A stretch of 64,000 nucleotides of DNA from Chiloscyllium plagiosum (lineage: Eukaryota): contig NC_057719.1 in assembly GCF_004010195.1 (NCBI RefSeq), forward strand, positions 75,594,064-75,658,063, read 5' to 3'. The notes under the pieces were generated by a model. It did no database searches and was not told the origin of the DNA. It saw nothing but the letters and a program-made list of their open reading frames with translations. Below, one piece after another: positions 26,543 through 39,659 of the stretch; within the stretch, counting starts at the first letter, position 1; every line of letters starts with the position of its first letter. The position numbers and the translations under genes are program-made.

Positions 26543-27170
26543 CAGAAACCCCCTGGTGCTCACCTTCCACGCTACCAACCTCCGCATAAACTGCATCATC
26601 CACCGACATTTCCGCCACCTACAAACGGACCCCACCCCTATCCGCTTTCCACAAAGACCATTCTCTCCGTGACTACCTGGTCACGTCCATGTGCCCCAAC
26701 AACCCACCCTCCCCTCCTGGCACCTTCCCCTGCCACCGCAAGAATTGCAAAACCTGCACCCAGACCTCCCCCCTCACCTCCATCCAAGGCCCCAAAGGAG
26801 CCTTCCACATCCATCAAAGTTTCACCTGCACATCCACCAATGTCATTTATTGTATCCGTTGCTCCTGATGTGGTCTCCTCTACATTAGGGAGACCGGACA
26901 CCTCCTCGCAGAGCGTTTTAGGGAATCTTCCTTCCCACCTATCCACTCCACCCTCCTCTCTGACCTATCACCTTCATCCCCACCTCCATCCACCTATTGT
27001 ACTCTTAGCTACCTTCTCCCCAGCCCCACCCTCCTCCCATTTATCTCTCCACTGCGGAGGCTTCCTGCCTCTATTCCTGATGAAGGACTTTTGCCTGAAA
27101 TGTTGATTTTCCTGCTCCTCAGATGATGCCTGACCTGCTGTGCTTTTCCAGCACCACTCTAATCTAGACT
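26543..27170 (+). mobile_element. Internally deleted Penelope-like element (GIY-YIG remnant plus pLTR)
   Basis: FPCHRKNCKTC, VIYCIRCS*CGLLYIRET; TSD catga(c/g)tctgga at 26531-26542 / 27171-27182. Confidence 0.9.
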
Positions 27171-27347
27171 CATGAGTCTGGAAGATGTTGTCTCAGATGC
27201 TTTGCTTCCTGCCTCTATTCCTGATGAAGGACTTTTGCCTGAAATGTCGATTTTCCTGCTCCTCAGATGCTGCCTGACCTGCTGTGCTTTTCCAGCACCA
27301 CTCTAATCTAGACTCATGAGTCTGGAAGATGTTGTCTCAGATGCTTT
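27060..27347 (+). repeat. 144-bp tandem duplication (2 copies) containing hammerhead motif
   Basis: 27060-27203 vs 27204-27347, two substitutions; CTGATGA at 27077 and 27221. Confidence 0.95.
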
Positions 27348-29749
27348 GGTGAATTTCTGCAGTGCATTTTGTAGCTGGTACACATTGCTGCTACTGAGCA
27401 TCAGTGGTGGAGGGTGTGAATGTTTGTAGATGTGGTGCCAGTCAATATGTCAGTAAGCTTCGCATGGTCAGGAAGGAGAGATCACATCCAGACTGAGACA
27501 CAGTCCGAGTGAGTATATAGTTTGGGGAATTTGGAAGATACGTGGGACTTTGGTGTAGGGTGGAAGAGATGCTTTCTGCTTGCTTTTGCTTTGGCTCATA
27601 ATTTGTAAGATTTATTTTTTAACATGATAAATTGAAGCCCAGGATTAGGGGCTCAGCACGAAAGGGTGATATATGGGTAAACCGTAATTTCATTGGTTAG
27701 TGAGAGCTACGAATTTGACTTTATTATAGATTACTATCAGATTGCTGTAAAAGGGGAAATATTTACAGGCTATAAACTAAAAGACCAGTATGAAATATTT
27801 AAAATAGAGATGCCAGGCTAGGCAATATGGAGTAAACCCGATCAACCAAATGGCCTAATTCTGCTTCTGTATCTTACGTTCTTATGGACTAAATGACCTG
27901 CTTTGCCCTGGGTGGTGTCAAACTCCTTGAGTGTTGTTGGAGCTGCACTCATTCAGGCAAGTGAAGAATATTTCATCATCATCCTGACTTGCACATTGCA
28001 GGTGGTGGACAGTGTTTGCTGTCAGGAGTGTGTGACTTGTCTGACCTGTTCTTGTAGCGGCAGTATTTATATGGTTATTGAAGGATTCAGTGACATTACT
28101 GTTATTGAATGTCAAGGGGTGACGGCAGACCGTCTTGTTAGAGATGGTCATTTTCTGTCACATTTGTGGCCTGAATGTTACATTCCACTTGGCCAGTCAA
28201 ATCTGTGTAGGTACAGTTCTTGCTGCACTTGGACATGGACTGCTTCAGTGTCTAAGGAGTCGTGAATGGTGCTGAACATTGTGCAGTCATCAGTGAACAT
28301 CCCCACTTCTGACCTTACGATGGAGGGAAGGTCATTGATGAAGCAGCTGAAGATGGTTGGGCTCGGACACTCGAGGGCACTCTCTTTTGTCAGTCATCTT
28401 CAGTTGTCTCATCTGGTTCTTGATTGTTCCAGCAATGGGACCAGTTTCTCTCTGTCATCTCTCTCAAGACACGATATGACTTTGAACACCTCGATGAAAT
28501 CTCCTCTGTAATATCTCTCAGAAGTTTTACTGAGCTTCTGCACTTTAAATTTAGATTTGTCTGTGTCATGGAAGTCTCACGTACCTTGAAACATTATTGT
28601 AAATCTTTCCTGCACCACCTCTAAAGCTATCACATCCTTCAGAGAGTGTATTTTCCAGAATTAGACACAAAATTCAATTGAAGCTAAGCCAGTGTGTTGT
28701 AAAGCTTCACGTAACTTCCTCGTTTTAATATTGTTTACCTTTATTTGAAAGGCATGAGATTCCTTGTCTTTTTAACCTGCCTTGCCACCTTCAGCAATCT
28801 GTGCAGTTATGTCCCAGGGTGTGTTGTTTTGTCTTCATTCGTGGATGCGGGTTTGCTTGCCTGTCCCGAGTTGCTGTTGAGAAGGTGATGGTGAATTGCC
28901 TTCTTGAACTGCTGCAGTCCATGTGGTGTGGGTAGATGCATCATGCCAATGGGGAGGGAGTTCCTTTATTTGGACTGAGAAACACTGAAGGGGCAGTGAT
29001 ATTTTCAAATCAGGCTGGTGAATGGCTGGATGGAAGAGCCCTCTTACACCCCCTTTGGAATTGCGCCCATTACTTTGCATTGCCACTGGTCATTCTCTTA
29101 ACAAAATGTGCCACTTCATAACTCTCCGTCTGAAATTCCATCTTCCATCTGTCCCCCTACCAGCAGCCTATCTATGGCTATGACTATCACCATCCTCCTC
29201 AGAGCTCAGACCATCTACTTGGCTTGGACAGACACAACTTTCATTCACAGGCTGTTCTTCATATCTACTGTTATAATGACATCTGCCTCCCTCAATAGTC
29301 AACTGCAGCGTGGCATTAACAGCTATTTCCTGGCTTGACATCAAAATCAAAATGTTCACAATCACTAAGTAATAGTCCTGATTATTAAAACAAAGTGGTT
29401 TGCCATTCTGAGTATCATTCGGTAATCTCCAGTGGCAATTTGTCAGAAGCGAATTGCAGAGCTGGGACAAAAAAACGTTAGGTATAAGCTAAAGTTTTGT
29501 GAAGTGAATTCATCACATCTTGTAACCTTGCACCCTCAGCACCTGCATCTGTCTCTTTGTTGCTGCGTTCTTTGCTTAGAACACAGAAGTTTATATTTAC
29601 ATTGCACCTGCTGAATATGATCAACACTTCGGGAACATGTGGCTTTAAAATGTCCAGCCTCAGGGTGTCCCCCATATACTCCTTTTCACGCACTCATCGG
29701 GTTAGCTTGTCCTGGAATCATCGTATTCTCAGTTCTGTACAGAGTTTTA

Positions 29750-30555
29750 AAATCAGAGTCGTACAAGCACAGAAACTGACCCTTCAGTCCAACCAGTCCA
29801 TGCCGACCACGTTTCCAAACTAAACTAGTCCTATTTGCCTAGCCTACATTTGGCCCATATCCCATCAAACCTTTCCTATTCATGTACCTGTCCAAATATC
29901 TTTTAAATGTTGTAACTGTACCTGCATCTACCATTTCCTCTGGCAGTTCATTCCACACACGAACCACCATCTGTTACAAACTCACCCCTTATATCCTTTT
30001 GTAAATCTTTCTCCTCTCACCTTAAAAATAGTTTTGAACTCACCCGCCCAAGGCAGAAGACCCTTGCTATACACTTTATGTGTACCTCCTGCCATGATTT
30101 TTAAACCTCTATCACGTCGCTCCTCAATCTCCTAATGCTCCAGTGAAAAAAAGTCCCACTCTATGCAGCCCATTTTTATAACTCAAACCCTTGATTCCCA
30201 GCCATATCCTGGTAAACCCTTTCTGAACCCTCTCCAATTTAATAATATCCTTCCAATAGCAGGGGGACCAGAACTGCATGCAGTGTTCCAGAAAAGGCCT
30301 CTCCAATGTCCTGTACAATGTCAACATGACATCCTGACTTCTATGCACAAAGCTCTGAGCAATGAAGGCAAGCATGCTAAATGCTTTCTTAACCACCCTG
30401 TCTACCTGTGATGTAAATTCAAAGGAATTATGTACCTGAACTCCTAGGTCTGTCTGTTCTACAACACTACCCAGGATCGTACTGTAAAGTGCAAAAGTCC
30501 TGCCCTTGTTTATTTTACCAAAATGCGCTTGCATGTGTCCAAATTAAACTTCCAA
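29750..30555 (-). mobile_element. CR1/HER1 LINE 3' fragment
   Basis: HFGKINKGR, DLGVQVH, LYRTLERPFLEHCMQFWSP, KLERVQKGFTR. Confidence 0.95.
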
Positions 30556-31818
30556 TACAGAGTTCCTTCTGAGAGGGTATTGGTGAACCTGATGGGTTTT
30601 ACAACAGTCAATGATGGTTTCACAGTCACCATTGCTGAGAGCAGCTTTTTAATTTGATCCAGCCAAGTGCAGACATACATGTTTCATTGGAGCCTCCCTC
30701 CAGCTTACTACGCTGTACCCCTTCAGCATATCCTTCTCTTCCTTTGTTCCTCGTGTGCTTCCCACAACTACCTCGAGTGGTGGCAAACTTCGCATTCTCA
30801 TGAGTTGAGTCAGGAAACTTTTTCCTGAATTTCTTAATGGATTTATTACTGAGTATATTTTTGAGTCCTCGTTTTTTGAACTGGTGACTTAACTCACGTC
30901 ACAAGGATTGTTGTTGTTGGAGCAGCCTTGTTTTGCACCTGACTCATGATACGCCTAGACTGGGAGCACTTCATACTTTAGTGTCCTAAAGCTGGAAATG
31001 TTGTATCTCTTAGGTCGTCTCCTCAACAACAACAAATATCAAACTTCACTTTTTAGAAGTTTTGCAAGGTGTCATTCTTGTTTTTGAATTCCCACGTCAC
31101 ATTTGTTTAGCCCTAGACTTCCTGAACAAAATGGTTTTAGTTTGTCAATGAATGTGGTGTTTGGATGACAGTTGACAGCTTCTTAAGATTGACAGTGGAT
31201 ATGGAATGGTGTTCATTACATTCCTTCCCATTGGATAGAAACTAACCGATCACATGGATTGTTAAAATATCACATGGGTTCTCCATTTGAAGATGAGGCT
31301 GCTTTACACACATCTTCCTCAATAGCCCGCTGTTCTGAAAATGAGTACAAAGTATGGGACTGTTATTTCTTGTGGAGGATGGTAATGGTGGGCAGCAGTT
31401 TAGGATACACCCTCTTAAAGATTGCTACATATTACATTTCAGTGCCATCTATTATCTTGAAGCTTTAAACAGTGAATAAGCAATTTTCTCACAGCACATT
31501 CATCAGATACTTTAAACAGAAAAATAATCAAAGTTTGCAATAGGGAAGGGAATAGTTTGGTTCTTGATGTGTCTGTTGGCACTTTGTTTAATGATTCAAA
31601 ATTGATCCCTTCAGCTTGCTTCCTGCCTATGAGTTTGGTTGCTTCTTATCTTTAAAACAATTCATGCATGGATCATGGGCATCGCTGGCAAGACCAGTAT
31701 TTATTACCCATGTCAAAATTCCCTTGCAAAGTTGATGGTGAGGTACCACCTTGAATGGAAGTTCAAGTTTTTCTCTAATGGACCAATGCAGCCTTTCATT
31801 TGACAGTTAAGAGTCAGT

Positions 31819-34010
31819 TAAGATTCATCTCCATCTACCTCAATACTGTCCGATCCCCTTAGACCAGGAACTCCCCACATATGTTCGGGACACCACCCGC
31901 GCCCTCCACTTCCTCGAACACTTCTGTTTCCCCGGCCCCCAACGCCTCATCTTTACCATGGACATCCAGTCCCTCTACACCTCCACCCGCAATGACTAGG
32001 GCCTCCAAGCCCTCCGTTTTTTTCTTCTCCCAGTGTTCCCAACAGTACCCTTTGACTGACACTCTTATTCATTTATTGGCTGAACTGGTCCTCATCCTCA
32101 AAAGTTTCTCCTCCCAATCCTCCCACTCCATCCAGATGAAAGGGGTAGCCATGGGCACCCACATGGGCCCCAGCTATGCTTGTCTCTTTGTCTCTTTGTC
32201 AGCTACATGGTCAGACACCACTCCCCACCTTTTCCTCTGCGATATCGATGACTGCATCGGTGCCACTTCAAGCTTCCACGAGGAGGTTGAACAGTTCATC
32301 AATTTTACTAACACATTTCATCCCGACCTTAAATTCACCTGGACCATCTCTGACACTTCTCTTTCTTTTCTGGATCTCCATCAACGGTGACCGACTCAAC
32401 ACTGACATTTTCTACAAATCCACTGACTTCCACAGTTACCTGGACTACACCTCCTCCCATTCTGCCTCCTGTAAAAATGCTATCCCCTATTCCCAATTCC
32501 TCTGTCTCCGCCGTGTCTGTTCCCAGGAGGACCAGTTCCACCACAGAACACACCAGGTGGCCTCCTTCTTTAAAGACCCCAATTTCCTCTTCCATGTGCC
32601 CTCCAGCACATCTCCCCCACTTCCCGAACTTCCACCCTTGAACACCACCCCTCCAATGGCACCAAAGACAGAACCTCCCTTGTCCTCACCTTCAACCCCA
32701 CCAACCTCCATAGTCATGGCATCATCCGCTGTCATTTCCGCCACCCATAAACGGAACCCACCACCAGAGATATATTTCCCTCCCCACCCATCTGCTTTCC
32801 CTAAAGACCATTCCCTCCGCGATTATGTTAGGTTCATGCCCTCTAACAACTCACCCTCCCCTCCTGACAACTTGCCCTGCCACCGCAGGAATTGCAAAAC
32901 GTGCGCCCACACCTCCCCCCTCACCTCCATCCAAGGCCCCAAAGGAGCCTTCCACATCCATTAAAGTTTCACCAGCACTTTCACACATGTCATTTATTGT
33001 ATCTATTGCTCCCTCTATATTGGGGAGACTGGATACCTACTCACAGAGCGCTTCAGAGAACATTTCCGGAAAACCTGCACCAATCAACCCTACTACCCTA
33101 AGACCGAACATTTCAACTCCCCCCTCCCACTCTGCTGAGGACATGCAGGTCCTAGGCCTCCTCCATCGCCACTCCCTCACCACCCGATGCCTGGAGGAAG
33201 AATGCCTTATCTTCAACCCCAGGGCATCAATGTGGACTTCACCAGTTTCCTCATTTCCCCTCCACACCTGTTCCAGCCTTCCAGCTCAGCGCCGTCCTCA
33301 TGACCTGTCCTACCTGGCAATCTCCCTTCCCACCTATCCGCTTGTGGTGAAACGGTTAAAAATTATGTCCCAATACATGTGTGAATCTAACCGGAATGGA
33401 GGTGTTGCTTAGTCCCGTGTGAATCTTATTACACACCTCCCCGTGTGAATCTTCTTATCTGTATGTAACCAGAATGGAATGTGTTTTTTAGCCTTGCTCT
33501 GCTGTTCACATGAATGTTTATATCTGGAAAAGAGTATATCAGCTGGAAAAAGTCTCCAGTTCGGTGAGTCTGCTCCGGGGTTACGTTTAACCGCCGAGCG
33601 TGGGTTGTTGGCAACCGCTCTACGAGAACTGACGGCTCCCAGTTCCGGTAACATGTAGAGTGAGTATAAGCCAGACCCGTTGTGCGACGCTGCGGGGAAT
33701 AAAATGCCCATATTCTAGCAGTCTCGCCTCTTGGTTGTTTGTTCTGTGTCAGACTACTCTCCTACGAACCTGACCTTGAGAATTTTTTAAAACACCGCTC
33801 CACCCTCTTCTCTGACCTATCACCTTTACCTCCATCTCCATCCACCTACTGCACTTTACCTCTCCCCCAGCCCCAACCACCTCCCATTTATCTCTCCACC
33901 CCCGAGACACCCAGCCTCATTCCTGATGAAGGGCTTTGACCTGAAAGGTTGATTTTCCTGCTCCTCGGATGCCTGACCTGATGTGCTTTTCCAGCACTAC
34001 ACTAATCCTG
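31819..34010 (+). mobile_element. Penelope-like element, 5'-truncated, frameshifted RT plus GIY-YIG endonuclease
   Basis: MDIQSLYT, QMKGVAMGTHMGPSYACLFV, DIDDCIG, FLDL, DIFYKSTD, VIYCI..LYIGET; 14-bp TSD 31805-31818 / 34011-34024; hammerhead motif 33919-33953. Confidence 0.95.
33343..33794 (+). mobile_element. Solo LTR (452 bp), family unknown
   Basis: TG...CA ends, 5-bp TSD ccgct (33338-33342 / 33795-33799), TATA-like gtataag ~33664, AATAAA ~33698; host Penelope sequence is continuous across it. Confidence 0.88.
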
Positions 34011-35789
34011 AGTTAAGAGTCAGTGACATTGCTGTGGATCTGGAGTTACATGTCGACCAGACGAGGCAATGATGGCCCGTTTCCTTCCCTAAAGGACAAA
34101 AATGAAACTAATGAGTTTTTACACGAGTCAACGATAATTTCATGATCACTGTTCATGAGACTAGCTTTGGATTCTAGATTTTATTAAACTGAATTCAACT
34201 TCCACCGAGAATAGTGTCCCCCAGAGCATGTCTCTGAATTACTGGCCCAGGGGCATTGTCACAATTCCACAACCTCCTTCCTCACATTTAGTTTTCCCTT
34301 AAATAGTCTTTGACACAACCATCGAGTATGGTCAAATATTTATGCTGTGATAACCTTTTCTCCGTGGTCAAAATGGAACCAAGTGAAGACTATCATTACA
34401 GACCAGCTACACACGTCATGTTCTGTTACAAGGTCTCAGATTTTTCTTATTTTTAAAAAACCTGTTGTTTGTCTTCAGACAAAATAATATTTAGATTGTT
34501 CTGCTCCACTATTACTGAAGTAATTTATCAGTGCTACTGTCATGGTGACCATGAGCACCAAAGATGTTCCTGCAATTTGCTTTTCATTTGATTTATCGTC
34601 ATACGTGATGCTCCAGTGTAAATTTGAAGTGGGATGCGGGGGGAGGCAAGGAAATGTTGGAGATAAAACCCATTGTGGCTGTTAATTTGTACATCAGGAA
34701 CCTGCTCACAAAAGCGCCAGATTTATTGATACAATGTTCCTGTCTCTTTCCAATTTATATGTAAATGGAATTGAAATCGCCCGGATTGATCAGCTGGATG
34801 TACAAACCTCTGCTTCCTCCTCGCTGCCTCCTCAACAGGTTTTAGCGCACAGCAGCCATTAATTATAAGATTGTGGATAGACCCACAGCTCATGCACTTG
34901 GAGAATGTCAACAGGCAGCCCTTGTGAGAATTGCAGACCTGAATGCAAATGCACAGCGACAAGAAAAATGAGACCAGTCGATTATCTGGGTATCACATAT
35001 CTAAAGTAAGAGTTAATTCTGCCAATTTTTACCCCTTCACATGACGAGCAGGAAATCTTCAATGTCAGTAATTAGTGCCTTTGTGACCTTATTCTATTGG
35101 CTTACTTAAAAAAAAGTTGCTGTGATTTTAAAAAATAATAGTGCTTTGTTTGATAGGTGTAAGTTTTTCCCACATTTTGTTTAGCATTTACTTGTTCACA
35201 GTGTTGTTTATCCTTCAGTGAAGCATCCAACATTTATTGATTGTTCCATATACCTAGACACATGTTCTGCATTGACATGTTCCCTTTACAGACGTTCTGC
35301 CATCTGGTAAGCTCAGTGGCCTGTTTGTAAGGACCCATAACGGACTTCTGGATGAGAAAAATAAGAAAATAGGTTGCTCCCTCAGTGAGATGGGAGGTGA
35401 ATTGTGTTATCCTGTGACGTTTCTGTTGGTGGCTGATAATTCAGAAATGACGTCCTCTTTCTCTGGAAGACTGTTGATGAATGAATCATCCGACCCTGTT
35501 GAGAAAAGGTGATCTGCCTGTCACAAAGGTATCTAGAGCTCTGAAATATGCCTGAAGACAACCGAATTCTGAAGCATTCTGAACCATCCGTCAGAGCAGG
35601 AATGTTTGCAAATATAGGATGGAAGTTAATATAATCCTGTTCTTGAGGGTCTAGGAATAAAACTTGGGAAAATAAGTGGGCAGACATATTGAAAACAGCG
35701 TATAGAAAATAGTGGGAAAATTTAAAACAGGAGTTCAGCGGAGTACAGGAAAAATGCATTTTTTTAAACACCCCAATGGGACTCCAGGG

Positions 35790-36273
35790 ATAGAGTCATT
35801 GAGCTGTACAGCATAGGAAAAGACCTTTCAATCCAACTTATCCATGCCAACTAGATATCCTAAATTAATTTAGTCTCATTTCCCAGCATTTGACCCATAT
35901 CCCCTAAACCCTTCCTATTCATATACCCATCCACTTGCTTTTTAAATACTGTAATTGTACCAGCCTCCACCACTTTCTCTGGTAGCTCATTCCATACACG
36001 CACCACCTTCTGTATGAAAAGGTTACCCCTTAGGTCCCTTTTAAATCTTTCCCCTCTCATCTTAAAAGTATGCCCTCTCATCTTGAACTCTGCTACCCTG
36101 ACTATTCACCCTATCAATCTCTCTCATGACTTTACAGACCTCTATAAGGTCACGCCTCAGCCTCCGACGCTCCAGGGAAAATAGCCCCAGTCTACTTAGC
36201 CTCTCCCTGTAGCTCAAACCCTCCAACTCTGGCAACATCTTTTGTAAATCTTTTCTGAACCCTTTCAAGTTTC
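35790..36273 (-). mobile_element. CR1/HER1 LINE 3' fragment
   Basis: LERVQKRFT, LGLFSLERRRLRRDLIEV, RGNLFIQKVVRVWNELP. Confidence 0.95.
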
Positions 36274-37624
36274 CAATAAGGGTGAAGGGGATAATTGAGG
36301 GTTCTGAAGATACATTGGCAATAGAGCAGTGTCTGATACAAGAGAATGAAGACTTTAGAAGAGAAATAAGCAGTCGGCAAGTCAAAGCAAAATTTAGAAA
36401 TTCAATTATCGAAGAACATAAATAACAGCAAAATACCTTTTAGGCACATCAATATCAAAACAATATCGTGAATAGGAGCATTTTGGCTCAGATTAGATAA
36501 TACTACAGCTGAGAATAGAGAGATGACAGAAAAACTAAATAACACCAATGCTTGTAAAAGTCATTTTCATTTGAAAGTCGACTTCAGAATTCTAAGCTAA
36601 AAATTGCTGTAGCGAGCTAAGTCAAGACAGAAAACAAAAGAATGACAATAAAGGGTAGTTCAGCAGAATGTAGGTGTTCAGTTCCACAAGCATCTGTGTT
36701 GGGACAACAGTACTTCACAATTTCCAGTAACGATTTGGACTTTCGAATCAAACATGCAATTTCTAAATTTGCAGATGACACCAAATTGTTTGGGGCATGC
36801 ACGATGATAGTCAATACTCGGGGACTTAAAGTTGAGAAAGAAATTTTCAAAGTCGGCAAATGAAGCTCAACACAGGCATATGTAAGGTAATCTATTTCGA
36901 TTGGAGAAATGGAGAGGTATTCATTACTTCAAAGATCAGGCAAATCTCAGTGAGGTAGAGGAACCAAAGGTATGTTGGAGTACGAACATGTCAATCACTA
37001 AAACTTGTTCCACAGGTTGACAAAGTTCTCTAGCAGCAGAATATTTCCAAATGGGTGCAATTGAAATGTAGGAAAACTGTGCTAAACCTCTAGACTGTGG
37101 CAAGTGCAGTTCTGGTCACCATATCTTAGAAAAGTGATGTGGAAGCACTGAAGAGGGTACTGTGAAGATTCACAGATATGATATCAAAAAGGCATAGGTA
37201 TACATATCAGAAAAGATTATGGGGTCTTGGTAGTGCAGTAGTGATTCCCCTACCTCTGGTCCAGAAAGTCTGGGTTCATTTATTACCGACACCAGAGGAA
37301 TGTCATAACGTGTCCACAGATGTCAGAATTGCTGAATGTTTTCTCGCAATTTCATTCTATATTTGTTTCAGATCTCCAACATTCGCAGTTCTTCATTTTA
37401 TTAAAGTATATTCAAACAGTTTAATTGAAAATAATTTTTATCAGGGAAGTATCATCTGGCTGGATCTCTCATCTTTATAAAAGAACTGAAGGATAAGAGG
37501 GACATCACAGAGATCCTTAAAATGATTAAGATATTTCATAAATACGGACACAGAGAGAATGTTCCTCTTGTGGGAAGTGCATGTTTAGAAGCCATCAATA
37601 CAAATAACTCGTAGAGTCATAGAA

Positions 37625-37783
37625 ACCGAAGGGACTGCAGATGCTGTAAATCAGAGTCAAAAATAGAAATGTTTGGAAAAGCTCAGCAGTTCTGAGGAAG
37701 GGTCAATGGTCCCAAAACATTCACTCTGATTTTTCTCCAGAGATGCTGTCAGACCTGCTAAGCTTTTCCAGCAATTTTGTATC
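37625..37783. mobile_element. Short inverted-repeat PLE terminus inserted in an HE1 tail
   Basis: ggaaaagctcagcag / ctgctaagcttttcc arms; tcatagaa duplicated at 37617-37624 and 37784-37791. Confidence 0.7.
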
Positions 37784-38085
37784 TCATAGAATCCCCAAAA
37801 GTGTGGAAGCAGGCCATACTGATACTTTGAAGAGAATCCCACCTCCCCCACCCTAACCCTGTAATTCCCATGGCTAATCCACCTAGTCTACACATCCCTG
37901 AACATTATGGGCAATTTAGCACAACCAATCCACCTGACCTGCACACCTTTGGATTGTGGCAGCACTGGAGCAAACTCATGAAGACACAAGTAGAATGTGC
38001 AAATTCCACATAGAAAGTTGCCTGAAGTTGGAATCAAACTCAGATCCTGGGGTGGTGAAGTAGCAGTGCTAACCATTGAGCTATC
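37784..38085 (-). mobile_element. HE1 SINE, older
   Basis: Degenerate head, core and tail. Confidence 0.85.
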
Positions 38086-38304
38086 ACCCTAGCTATCCTA
38101 GCTATCTTACATTAATAATCTTTAGGCACAAGAGTTAATGGCAATCCAATACAGAAGAAACTTCTTTTACTCAAAAGAATAGTGGAACTGTGGAGCTCAT
38201 AGCCAATGGCCAGCCTGTAGTTCAGCAGATAGTAGGCTCCTCTTTAAGGCAAGAGGTTGTGAGTTCAAGTCCCGCTCCAAGACTTGAGTACAATCATTTG
38301 CAGA

Positions 38305-38642
38305 TAGGTGATGGCTAAGTGGTATTATCATTCGAACATCAATCCAGAGACCCAGTTCTGGGACCTATATTTGAATCCTGCCATAGCAGATGGAATAATC
38401 TAGTAATAACAATTTAATGATGTCCATGAAGCTATTGCCTTTTGTCAGGGAAAAACTCATATGGTTCACTAATGTCCTTTAGGGATGGAAATCTGCCACC
38501 CTTATCTGGTCTGACCTATATGTGACTTCACAACCCACAGCAATGTGGTTGACCGTTAACTGCCTTCTCGACAATTAGGGTTGGGCAATAAATGCTGACC
38601 CAGCCAGTGACACCCTCATCCCATGAATGAATAACCAAAAAA
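38305..38642 (+). mobile_element. tRNA-derived SINE with LINE-like tail (copies also at ~59290-59620, 60550-60915, 63740-64000)
   Basis: A-box-like tggctaagtgg, B-box-like tttgaatcc, tail cagcaatgtggttgac...ccatgaatgaataa. Confidence 0.7.
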
Positions 38643-38784
38643 TGGCTTAAGGGGAAACTAGACAAGTGTATGATGGAGAAGGAAAAAGATGGTTATGATG
38701 GTAGATTTAGAGAGAAAGTATGGTAGGAGGCTCAAGGGGAGTATCAACACTGATTAGGCTGAATGGCCTATTTCTCTACTGGAT

Positions 38785-39087
38785 ATTAGATTAGATTACT
38801 TACAGTGTGGAAACAGGCCCTTCGGCCCAACAAGTCCACACCGACCCGCCGAAGCGCAACCCACCCAGACCCATTCCCCTACATTTACCCCTTCACCTAA
38901 CACTACGGGCAATTTAGCATGGCCAATTCACCTAACCTGCACATTTTTGGACTGTGGGAGGAAACCGGAGCACACCCACACAGACACGGGGAGAATGTGC
39001 AAACTCCACACAGTCAGTTGCCTGAGGTGGGAATTGAACCCGGGCCCCTGGCGCTGTGAGGCAGCAGTGCTAACCACTGAGCCACTG
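38785..39087 (-). mobile_element. HE1 SINE, young
   Basis: Near-identical to 12457 copy, (ctaat)n tail. Confidence 0.95.
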
Positions 39088-39659
39088 TAATTCTATGCAA
39101 CTGTACAAGTAGGTGCAAGATGCAAATCTAGAAGGCAAACAATGAAAAACAGACCAGAAGAGGAAATCAGGGTCAGAAAAGATGATTTTGCTGAGAAATT
39201 TACCTAATTTGGCATCCAACAATGCCTCAGCACATCCAATGTAGCATCCAATTTTATCCTGGATTTCCTTAAATTCTATTATTTTACCTCGAAGCATTTC
39301 TTAGCCAATGTACGAGGATATTTGTTTCATAAGGATCTGTTTGTAACTTAATATGTTTAAAGCCAAATTCTGCTGACTGGACTGACATTGTTAGTAATAT
39401 TCTGGGTCCATCTTGTTGATTCCATGTCCACCTCAGAAGATTGACTCTCAATTATATATTCGGTAGTTTTTCATTATAAGCCCACCCTTGTTGCATTTAG
39501 GTTAATTACTGTTGCTTTTATCTTGCTTGGCACCAACGTGCGTAGTCTCCATTCAGCGTGAAGACATTTTTGCCCACTGTGTCTCAGGAGTGACAAAGTT
39601 AGCTTTAATAAACTGCCAACTGTCCTGGCTGGAATTAAAAGAGGAATTGGGAGGATTTG

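Larger units (their letters stand above)
26245..28345 (-). mobile_element. Decayed CR1-clade LINE 3' region, split by a Penelope insertion and another remnant
   Basis: rc PSKSLTILTWKY, LEYSSLA-like and FADDCT-like (tgatgactgcacaatgttcagcacc) motifs; tail shared with 5500-5700, 10870-11075 and 28835-29010. Confidence 0.7.
31655..34275 (-). mobile_element. tRNA-SINE (38305 family) split by Penelope insertion; pieces 31655-31818 and 34011-34275
   Basis: Both pieces match rc of 38305-38642 and rejoin at the duplicated agttaagagtcagt. Confidence 0.75.
36380..38785 (+). mobile_element. Old CR1 copy fragmented by younger SINE/PLE insertions
   Basis: VPQASVLG, ISKFADDTKL (36642-36863), QFWSP ~37110, later C-terminal pieces at ~37480, ~38130 and tail ~38640-38785. 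Confidence 0.75.

Noticed and set aside
34700..34970. Possible conserved enhancer (also 45500-45830, 58200-58960)
   Set aside because: Repeat-free, but conservation cannot be shown without alignments
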